This document shows positions 38,279 to 48,677 of a stretch of 64,000 bases of DNA, piece by piece. Location: NCBI GenBank assembly GCA_964016885.1, contig OZ024740.1, forward strand, positions 305,536,001 through 305,600,000. The letters run 5' to 3'. How positions within the stretch are numbered: position 1 is the stretch's first letter; each line of letters opens with the position of its first letter. The DNA is from Eledone cirrhosa. Taxonomy: Eukaryota. The position numbers were made by a program, and so were the translations under genes. Under the pieces are notes generated by a model. The model was not told the origin of the DNA, did no database searches, and saw nothing but the letters and a program-made list of their open reading frames with translations.

Positions 38279-38307
38279 CAAAGGGAAGTAATTATGGTTT
38301 ATATAGC
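38279..38307 (-). promoter_or_regulatory. TMA7 core promoter: TCT/5'TOP-like start with an upstream TATA-like element
   Basis: Minus strand CTTCCCTTTG about 60 nt before the ATG; CTATATAAA just upstream. Confidence 0.5.
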
Positions 38308-39324
38308 TGCGCAGACTCTAGAGTAAATATAAAACCTGGATTCGTTCTCGGTAGTGAAAAACGTAATGACATCCATTACGTTTGTATGCCTATGTATTCT
38401 TGATAATACTAGCTGGCGCCGTGCCATCAAATTGCAGTATATTATATAATAATTGCAATAAATATATAATAAATGGTACGAAACCAAGTTTTTAGTTTAA
38501 TAATTCTTTTATTACAAATTTCTTTTGCGAAAAAACTATCAGCAACTAACATAGATAAGATACTATCTTGGTGTGCTTGTGTATATATTTATATGTATGA
38601 GTATATAAATATAAACACAAACAAATACACTCACACAGAAGTAGACTCTGAGAAAGATGGTTGGATAACATCCATGAGCTGGGTTGGTCTCGCTTGGGGA
38701 TCCAGCCGGATCAGCTGGAGTCGGTTGCTTCTGACAAGACCTGCTAGAAGGAGTGTTTGAGGACCCTGCTCCCACGACCCTCATAGGAATAAGTGGGCGA
38801 TAAAGAAGACTGCGTATCATCATGTTCTTGCACCGGTTTCCGCTATTAGGTTGAGGCCATGTTGGTGAACCATCTTCAAAGATGTCTACTTTGTGTAGAC
38901 TGACAGTAATTTTATTGACATAAGAAAGATGAAAAGTAAAGTTGACTTCAATGGAATCTGAGCTTAAAACGTTACCAAAATTGTATAAGATTACCTCCAT
39001 AAAATGTTGCGTAGATCTTATACAATTTTCCCAAAAATCTTGGAGCCCATAACATTTTACGGATAATCCCCTCCAACTCCATATTTAATGACATTATATG
39101 AAACAAAAGTTATTTTAGAGAGAAAATGTGTTAATAAAAAACAAAATAAAAAACAATACATTAAAAAATAATAAATTTTTTTTAGAAGAAACTTGATTTT
39201 GCGGAACCCATTTAAGAAAATGGCTTGAGACAATGCTTTATTGATGCTGCTGCACATTACAGTATGAAGACGGATGGCTCACTCGAGTGAGTTGAAAAGC
39301 TTCAATTAACTGAAATTATCAAGG

Positions 39325-40045
39325 TACTCTCGAGTCTCGAATAATCGTGCCCCCCTCCCTAGCTTATCCCCCCCCCCCCCCCTGCTTATTAAATTTTGAC
39401 AATTTATCTCGGCAAAATTTTATTTTAAGTGGTAAAATTCCTGCAACAATTAATTTTCTTTAGACATTAAAAAACATTATACATGGCAAAAAAAAAAAAA
39501 AAAGACGAATAACTGGCGAATCTTGTGAGGGCGCTTGGTTGTTCCAGCGCATTAGTTTCGCCATCACCCGAGGCAACGCTGCGAGTGTGCTGGCTTGCCT
39601 CAAAAATCATTAGAGAGGTTGCCCGGTACTCCTCGCGACGCTGCTGCCTTTTGCTCTGGCGTTGGCTCGGTTGTTCACTCCTTCCTTTACATTTTCTTTA
39701 ATATTGCAACATTAAAAGAATATATCCTTCTGAAAGAACCGCGAGCAATTTATAATGTTATCTAAGCATTTGTAATGTTATTTATGTATATATTTAAAAC
39801 ATATTTGTTATGTTATTCTACCTAGAATCAAATATAATCTAAAGAAAAGGGAAATGGGAAAAAAAAGAACAAAAAAAAACATTACAAGAAATGCCATACA
39901 TTATAAAATAAATAGGATGGGTTTGGAGTCTCTATGTAAACTAAACGACTAATTGTTTTTTTTTTAAATCAACGGAGGCAACCTAGAAAAATTACCGATT
40001 TCCCACCCTCACCGCTCATTCCCCCTATTATTTGTGACCTGAGAA
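39325..40045 (+). mobile_element. Tc1/pogo-type MITE carrying a nested CRE-like insertion
   Basis: Left end ta-ctctcgagtctcgaataat, right end attatttgtgacctgagaa. Confidence 0.65.
39503..39865 (+). mobile_element. 5'-truncated CRE-like (RLE-type) non-LTR 3' end
   Basis: 39503-39613 translates RRITGESCEGAWLFQRISFAITRGNAASVLACLKNH*, matching the LFQRLS..IQRGNA motif. It is followed by a 3' UTR and sits in an A-run. Confidence 0.7.
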
Positions 40046-40379
40046 CATTTAGGATTGTTAAAGAAAAAAAAAAAAGTCAATGAACAAGGGAAGCAACCCA
40101 AATAAAATCAAACATTTTAAATTGTTGGAAAATTAAGATAATTTAGGATTAGATCTAAATTTGATACCTAGTTCAGTATTTTAGAGACCTGAGAGTACCT
40201 AACTAATTTCAGCTGTCTGATGGTTGAAACAATTCAGGATCAAGAGGCGGAGGGTAAGTTAGTTGGAGGTGGAAAATACTTGTTCGGATATCACACATAT
40301 ACATACATATTCAACCACTTTGCCTTAAACTAATTCAAGGTTTCTTACAATTGTAGACTTGATCACGCATCCTCAGAAA

Positions 40380-40380
<1 letters not shown>

Positions 40381-40444
<64 letters not shown>

Positions 40445-40540
40445 ACAACAACAAAAATAAAAATAATAACTATAATTTCTTTATTCACTACAAAGGGGTT
40501 ACATTAAGAAAACAAGGACCACACAGGACGATTACATAGG

Positions 40541-40605
<65 letters not shown>
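40381..40605. repeat. (TAC)n and (GT)n microsatellites around a short minus-strand L1/Tx1-like 3' end
   Basis: Direct observation. tttctttatt...caaagggg resembles the Tx1 tail near 54950. Confidence 0.7.
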
Positions 40606-40613
<8 letters not shown>

Positions 40614-40659
40614 GTTTAACATTGTTAAAAAGAACGGTAACAATAAGAAAGATTTAACA

Positions 40660-43350
40660 ATGGGTATTCCTCAATCGAAAGGAGGTGTTCGAGGCTTGCT
40701 CATGGAAAAAACCCCCAATAAAATCAAGGGGGCCCTGTCCCTGTTGTTCTCCAATCTACAGACACACACTCAGAGCAGGCGCATTCACTCAGAACATGCT
40801 TGCCTCTCTCACCCAGCATTGCTACCCTTCGAAAATGATGTCTTGGAACTCATACGGAGTATCACATTTCGGAATAGGAGCAATTCCTTCCAGCAGAACC
40901 TGAAGAATAGAATTCGTTCTATTAAGGATTCTAATGCCATGCACGTCCATTCCGTCAAAACTGGCAATCTATATCAAGTGGAGCGCAGTACTTACCATCA
41001 ACTGCTACATAATGCTGTAACTAAGGATTACCGTAAAACTAATCGGAGCGTCATTAATGAAATCAACGATGCTGGGTTTAAAATCATCTCTGATCTCAAT
41101 ATCCTGGACCGGACCGAACCTCTGGACCCTATTTCTCCCCACTTTACCCTGAAGGATCACAAATCCAATTTTCTAAACAACCCCTCTATTCGGCTTATTA
41201 ACCCTACGAAGTCCGATTTAGGTAGACTTAGTAAAAGGATTCTTGGTAGAATTATACCTGAAATTAGAAGTTTGGCCCCTCTTGCACTGTGGAACAATTC
41301 TTTCGCGGTGATTGATTGGTTCTCCTTAGAGCTATCAATTTCGCTAAAACCCTCACAGTGGTTAAGGATTTCGAAGTTGATGTCATCCTCAATGCCCGTA
41401 AGTCGGTGATTAATTTCGACGACTCTATTTGGATTAAAAAATCTAATAGTACCTCATTCGACGTGAGTATGGGCGCCAGCGATTCTGCGGAGGTTACTGA
41501 TCTTATCGACCTTTTCCTTCTTTTCTCTATCAAAGAAGAATTCCCCAACGTGGGCGGTGGTTTGTACCGTGATGATGGTCTTTTGACCATGACTAAGTGC
41601 GGCCCACGTGCTTGCGACAGGTTCAGAAAAGAACTCAGAGCCTTCTTTAAAGGCTTCAACCTCTCCATACAGGTTGAGGCCAACCTCTCGGTCGTTAATT
41701 ACTTCGACGTTACCCTCAATTTATCGAATGGCTTGCATTACCCGTATAGAAAGCCGAATGATATGCTTAATTACATAAGTAAGCATTCTAACCATCCTGC
41801 CAGCATAACCAAGAACCTGGTAAGAAACGTTTCTTTGAGACTTTCCCGTCTATCTACTAACGAGCATATTTTCAACGACCATTCCACATATTACAATGAA
41901 GCTCTTGCTCGGAGTGGATTTGTCGATAAGGTAGCATATACAGAGTACGAGAATAGACCTAGAAGAAATAGATCCCGACGCATTATATGGTATAACCCAC
42001 CATATAATATGGAGGTGGCCACACCATTAGCTAAGATCTTTCTCTCCCTTATTATGAAGCATTTTCCCCCTACACATAAATATAGTAACATTTTTAATAG
42101 AAATACTATTAAAATTTCTTACTGTACGACTCCTAACCTTGCACATAACATCACAGCTTCAAATTTAGCTAAACTACCTAGCCGTAGGAACACGTGCAAC
42201 CCTGTAGTTAGTAATAACTGTAATTCTAGGAATTGGGTTGACTGCCCCCTATCCGGGAAATGCCTCTCTAGTAACATTGTCTACAAATGTAAGGTTGAAA
42301 CACCCACGTCCCGTAGAGCCTACATAGGGTTAACCGCCAATAGATTCAAGCAGCACCTTTACATGCATACCCATTCTTTTCGTAACCCTTTAAGAAGGAA
42401 TATGACGTCACTTTCAGCTTATATCTGGAGTCTAAAAGACAACCACACCCAATATAAGTTACACTGGGAGATCCTAGCTAAGGCTAGATCGAATAATGGA
42501 AATAAAAGACCATGTGAACTCTGCGCCGCTGAGGCCCTGGAAATACTCTACACCAAAGACCACATCTTAAACAAAAAATCTGAGGCAATTTCGGCTTTTT
42601 TTGTGTATTTGGTGTATACATTCGTACGCGTGCGGGTACAGGCGTTCCGTGGGTTCTGTATGTGCGTGCGGGTTTTTTGGGTTTTTTTTTTGTGTACGTG
42701 CGTGTATGTGTATACCTATGGCGAGCGTTTTCGCGTATGCTTGTGTATGTACGTATATGGATGCGTGTATGTATTTATTTAATTTCAATTACCTCTGTAT
42801 TTTATTTACTTTATTCTTAACTCTGAAGCCGAGAATCATTCGGCTTCCTAGTTAGAATTTTAGTCTACGACTTCAGTTATACTGTTTACGTGGTTTTGTC
42901 ATCGCGTGCAATTGTTCTCCCCGCTCCACATATGACGTATTATCTCCGTTTTTTCCGTTCATTGCCAGAGAACGTCTCTATGAACCACCTAATAGAATAT
43001 TAGTCCACGACTTCTTTTATACCATAAACGTGGTTTTGTCTTTGCGTGTAATTGTTTTTCACCGCTCCAAATAATGACATTATATTCGTTTTTTCCCGTT
43101 CTTTGCCAGGGAACGTTTCCACGAACCAAAGTATCGTCTTCCTGTCTTCCTCCGGTTGCAACGTTTTTTGAAATATTTACTTCTGAGTTCACAGATTGAC
43201 TTTGTTAGTTTCAGAAGATCTCGTTAAGGGTGAAAGCAGCGATTCTTTGCTTAAACTTTAATCTGTTATTTTAATATATATATATATATATAACAGATTA
43301 AAGTTTAAGCAAAGAATCGCTGCTTTCACAGCGATTCTTTGCTTATTTTA
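40660..43350 (+). mobile_element. Penelope-like element, Naiad-like (RT + C-terminal GIY-YIG), one frameshift near 41320
   Basis: TLKDHK..F...PSIRLINP, MGASDSAEVTDL, LYRDDGL, YRKPND..YISKHSNHP, IIWYNPPY, Cys linker CNSRNWVDCPLSGKC, VYK...YIGLT and CELC. Confidence 0.88.
43206..43260 (+). ncRNA. Hammerhead-like motif at the 3' end of the Naiad-like element, with an inverted partial copy at 43291-43330
   Basis: Stem I agttt/aaact, core CaGAAGA (U4>A), short stem II, GAAA-GCA...TGC-TT. Confidence 0.5.
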
Positions 43351-43365
43351 ATATATATATATACT

Positions 43366-43477
<112 letters not shown>

Positions 43478-43582
43478 CATACATATATGCGTCTGTGTGT
43501 GTGTGTGTGTTTGAACAATAAAAACAGAAGTCATGTATAGGTACAGAGTTAGTTCATTTATATATGTATATATATATATAAT

Positions 43583-44830
43583 TGCTTTTCCTTTTCGGGT
43601 GAATTCTATCAGCAGGTCTCTGGGGTAGCGATGTGAACCAGAATGGAACCAAACTATGCCAACAACTTGTTTGTTGGCTACGTCGAAGCCCAGATCTTCT
43701 TCCCGTACGTTGGACCGACTCCTGAGCTATACGGTCGTTATATCGACGACTGTATCGGCGCCACCTCTCTATCACGAGAACGGCTCGACTATTTTCTATC
43801 TTTTGTCCTATCTTTCTACTCTGCTCTCACTTTCACCACCCCCGTCTCCGATTCTTCTGTCCCTTTTCTAGATATCTCTCTATCTATAAATCACTCTCAC
43901 CACACCCTCTCTACTTCCATCTTCTATAAACCAACAGACTCCCAGTCTGACCTCGACTTCACCTCCTCCTCCCATGCAACCCACACCAAACACTCCATAC
44001 CCTATTCCCAATTCCTCCGTCTTCGTCGACTCTGTAGCCTGGACGACGATTTCGAAACCCATTCCCTTCACATGGCTTCCCGCTTCATCCAGAATGGTTA
44101 TCCCCCCCCCCCCCCCATCCTGATCCAAGCTGCTCTCACCCGCGCCCGTGAAACCGACCGTACCACAGCCTTCTCACCTCACCAGCGCCCTCCCAACACC
44201 CGCGTTCCTTTCCCTCTCACCTACCACCCCATCACCCTACCACTCCGGCGACATATCCTCCATTCCTTCCGCATTCTCTCTTCTCACCCCGTCACTTATC
44301 GCTTTTTTCCAAACCCACCTATTACTGCATTTAAGCGTGCCCGCAACCTCTGCGACCTACTGGTACGCAGTTCCTTCTCGTCCTCTCCCACGACTCCACC
44401 CGGCTCTCATCTTTGTTCTCGTCCCCGCTGGCTGCAATACTTGTCCCTTCATTTTCACCCTCACCACTCTCACAGGCCCTAACGGGTCATTTAGTATCCT
44501 CCACTCTTTCACCTGCATATTCACCCACGCTGTCTATGCCCTCCGGTGTTCCCCTTGCGGGTCTTTGTATATCGGACAAACGGGACGTCGTATGGACCGT
44601 TTTGCTGAGTATTTGAGGGACATACGATTCGCTTTGGATACTCCTGTCGCCCGTCATTTCTGTTTGCCTGGTCATTCTTCCCTACATGTCTCAGTCCTGG
44701 GTGTCCTTTTACATCATGGATCACAGGCCTCGCGCACCAGGATTGAACAGAGTCTGATTCACCGCCTTGGGTCCTTTTCCCCTCTTGGACTCAACTAATC
44801 CCCCCGCCCCATTTCTTTAATACCCCGTCC
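43583..44830 (+). mobile_element. 5'-truncated Penelope-like element, Neptune-like
   Basis: PNYANNLFV, RYIDDC, FLDISL, YKPTD, SIPYSQFLRLRRLCS, AFKRARNL. Then Cys linker, FTC, VYALRCSPCGSLYIGQTGR, VARHF and C-terminal PLGLN. Frameshift near 44430. Confidence 0.9.
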
Positions 44831-45136
44831 ATTATCACACACGCTTGTACATTCACCCCTAGATTCCTATCGCTCTCTCATAATCATAAACATATTCTCT
44901 TACAACTTATACGGACCGACAAAATATGCACACTCCACTGTTCCCTTCACAGCTCTATACACACACACACACCCTTATATTAACATACTTTTGCTCATAG
45001 CTTCGTACTTACAAGAGCACACACTCTTTTACTTACATATAAACACACATTTCTTCTTAGCTTGGTACGGACGTATAATAACACACACGCACACAGACAT
45101 ACAGAGTTTTCCAAGAGATGTCAACATGAATGGACC

Positions 45137-45507
45137 TATAGCGAGATTACTGGGTTGTATGAATGTAACAAAACGAGACATGGTTTGTGTGTATAATATT
45201 TAATTAACAATGGTAGATAGTATAGTTGACATGTCAAAGATGAGGATGATAGAATGAAGCAAAGTTAGTAGTTACCGTTTTGATTGCCAGGCAATGGTGG
45301 CTGGCAGAGGACGCCTGGCTAAGGCCAGGCGCCTGTTGGCCAAATGTATGGCAGAGCCCAATGAGAGGCTCTTGACCTGGTGCCGAAAAGGCAATGAGAG
45401 TTAGAAAGCTTAAAGTTGTTAGTTTTATAGGGCTCTGACCGGAAGTTGCAGAAAGGGTTCTACTTCCCGTCTAGATCCCAATCAAAACAAGGGAGACAAC
45501 CGCTACA
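45137..45507 (-). mobile_element. Possible solo LTR
   Basis: Imperfect terminal repeats TATAGCG / CGCTACA, flanks GACC and TACC. Minus-strand TATAAAA near 45425 and ATTAAA near 45200. Confidence 0.35.
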
Positions 45508-45681
45508 TACCTGTTATTTTTATCTAAAGACAATTTTTCCAATTCCGACCCGCCCGTAGGACTAGCGTCCGAAACGACAAGACCCTTTTCCTGCTATTTC
45601 AAGCGTTAACCTAATATATTCCTTCCATATAATATATTCCTTCCATATACTGTACCGATTGTGTTGTTATTTCTGTTTACC

Positions 45682-45760
<79 letters not shown>

Positions 45761-45794
45761 CATATACATTCATTTATTATGGTTATTGATGAAC

Positions 45795-45887
45795 TTTGTT
45801 ACTCTAAAGTTTCACCTGCGCACCCACAGGAACACCAGTTTTGTCTGATGATCCTGTGAGTACGCAGGTGAGACTCCAGATAACAAG
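45795..45887. ncRNA. Head-to-head pair of minimal type I hammerhead motifs (family HH-B)
   Basis: Consensus of the two arms: TTGT-CTGATGA-tCCTGTG(ggtg)CGCAGGt-GAAAC-TCTAGA-GTA-ACAA. Confidence 0.7.
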
Positions 45888-45965
45888 GCTTAGCTATACT
45901 AAATGAATATTTAAACTGTACTTCGGTATTGAGTTTTCATTCTTACGTCCGTCAATTATTCACGC

Positions 45966-46280
45966 ACTCTCATGTCTTGAATAATTGTCCCCACCCCCTG
46001 CTTATTAATTTCTCAGATTTGTTTACCCCCTCTTGTTTACGCCACCCCGCTTATTAAATTTTGCTAATCTATCTCCGGCGAAATTTTATTGTAAGAGATT
46101 CATATTGATACAGCAACTGGAGAATCTAATAATTTTATTTTACATTTAAAAAACAATATATATGACAAAAGAAGTATATTACGAGAAATCCCATATTTAC
46201 AAACGTACACTATATAATTACTGATTTCCCAAGTCACCGCCACTTATTCCCACCACTCCTATTATTTGGGACCCGAGAAA
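45966..46280 (+). mobile_element. Tc1/pogo-type MITE
   Basis: actctcatgtcttgaataat ... attatttgggacccgagaa. Confidence 0.65.
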
Positions 46281-46284
46281 CTCT

Positions 46285-47349
46285 TCTACTCTGTCTATCA
46301 CACAAAACTCTCTTTTAATCCCCTCTCTGTATCTACTAAAACCAAACTCTCCCCCTCTATATATCTACCACGACACCGCCTCTCTTATCCCCCTCTCTAT
46401 ATCTAACATTAATACACTCACCACTCTCTATAAATATCTACACTTATCTCTACCAATCACCCTCTCTATATCAATCACACCTCTACTACACGGCACTCTC
46501 CCCTTCTTTATATCTAACATACAAAACTTTCCCAATCCCCCTCTTTATATCAATCATCTCCAAACTCTCTCCATCGCCATCTCTATCACACGTTCTCTTT
46601 CTATCCATCACAAACTACCCCCTCTATACCTTTTACGACAATGTCTCATCCAGTCCCTCTCTATATATTTAGCAATATTTATCTCTCCCAACTCCCTCAT
46701 TGTATCTACAAGCATTGAAATCTACCCCTCTCTATAACTACTACACGACACTCGCGCTCCCAATCCCCCTCTCGAAAGCAATTACCACCAAACTATCTCC
46801 CTCTCTATATCTACCATACAAAACTCTCACTCTATCTCTCACTCTATCTCTCACTACCAAATTCTCCCCCTCTCTATATCCACCAATACCTATCTCTACC
46901 AATCTTCTCACTCTATTCATTTCCTCCAAACTCTCCCCCTCTCTACATCAACCATACAACACTCTCCTAATACCCCACTCTTTAACAAATAACAGCAAAC
47001 TCTCCCCCTCCCTATATCTACTACACGAAACTCTCTCCCAATCCTCATCTCCATATCAACTACGTCTAAACTATCCCCCTCTCTATATCTAATATACAAC
47101 ACACTCTTTCACCCCCCCCCCTCATTATATCAATTACCACTAAATTATCCCCCTCTCTACATCTACTATACAACACTCTAACTCATTCCCTCTCACTCTA
47201 TCCATCACTTCCAAACTCTCCCCCTCTTTATATCTATCAATACCTATCTCTATTAGTCCTCTCACTGTATTCATTACCACCAAACTCTCCCCCTCTCTAC
47301 ATCAACCATACGACACTCACAATTTCCCCTCTCTATATCAATTACCACT
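46285..47349. repeat. Degenerate CT-rich minisatellite (alternating ~31-33-bp subunits), left part
   Basis: Repeating ccaaactctccccctctctatatctactacacga / ctctcccaatccccctctctatatcaattacca; it resumes at 53018. Confidence 0.85.
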
Positions 47350-48634
47350 TGATATAGACGTGAATTACTTCGCTCCGGATTTTTACGGATTATTGTAAAA
47401 AAAAACTGTGAGTTCATTGCTCAATTTAATAGCATTGTTTAGTTTAACCCCTTGCCTGGGCCTTCAGACGTTGAGTCAACTAATTTTCGCCCCTTTCTGG
47501 GGCGAAATTTTCATTTTCATCTCAAAACTGTGTAGACTTGGTAGTCAGCAATGGATGCCATTTCAACCTCGCAGACTGTCGTGAGTGCCATGCACACTAA
47601 GAAAAGTGGTGGAGGGAAGGTAGGAGTACAAAGCTTGCAGCCTTCCCCCCTCGCATGATCGAAAAACGTTGAAAATATTGAAACCACGAAACCAAACCCG
47701 GTAAATAATACCAGCACCAACAACAAGAACAATGACAATAACACCACAACCAACAACTGCAACAATAGCAACACCAAGGAAAACATGAACAATATTACCA
47801 ACAGTGACAACAACAGCAGCAACAAAAAAGACAACAGCACCAAAACAACGTTCGCACAGACTGTAAAAAAAAACGAACTATACACGCCAATTGACATAAC
47901 AAATGCTAAACAACTACTACAAGACGCAAAACAATTCGTGACTTTTGGTGAAAATGGTGCTTTTATCATCAATTCTCCACAGGAATTACGTAGAGAGGGT
48001 GTCCTGAAAACTGTGGTTTTCAGGACGATATCGAACGAAACAAGAAAACCAGCTCAATTATCACAAAATGAAATTGAGCTGGTTCTAAAAGATGCAACGA
48101 AGGACATAACCTTCATACAAAAAGGTAAACTGTTTGGTAGCATTTCGGTGCTAATGAACAACCAGTCAACAGCACAAAAATACTTGGTATCACCCATTGT
48201 GTCCCCCCCGCTTCACCTTTTTCCCCACATACAGGGGAAAAAGGACACAAAGAATAAAAAGAATGAGTATCACACCAAATGTAAATATTTGGTGGATACT
48301 ATGTGGAATCATTGACTTTGATGAAGACAAGATAATTTCAATAGGAAAGTCCCCCGAAGGTGTATTTGGTGGGACCAGCGTAGAAGTTCTGGTGCAAATG
48401 AGCCCAGAACGAATAACGAATATCCCACAACGCGTGCCTCTGGACGGGCTAACTTATATAAACATTTCAGTGGAGGGAAGGCGGCCGTCATGTTACCACT
48501 GCTTAAGCAGGGGTCACCTGAGGGCTGCCTGTCCTCAATTAACGAGTAAAAAAAAAGGCTCTTCTGCCAACCCCGAACACAACAACACCACCACCACCAC
48601 CACCACCACCACCACCACCACCACCACCACCACC

Positions 48635-48677
<43 letters not shown>

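Noticed and set aside
45541-45600. Additional hammerhead (ggactagcgtcc-GAAAC-gacaag; similar motif near 2090-2110)
   Set aside because: The CUGANGA core and stem III partner are too degenerate to support a call.
46700-47102. 130-aa repetitive ORF
   Set aside because: Translation of the CT-rich minisatellite, with no splice or homology support.
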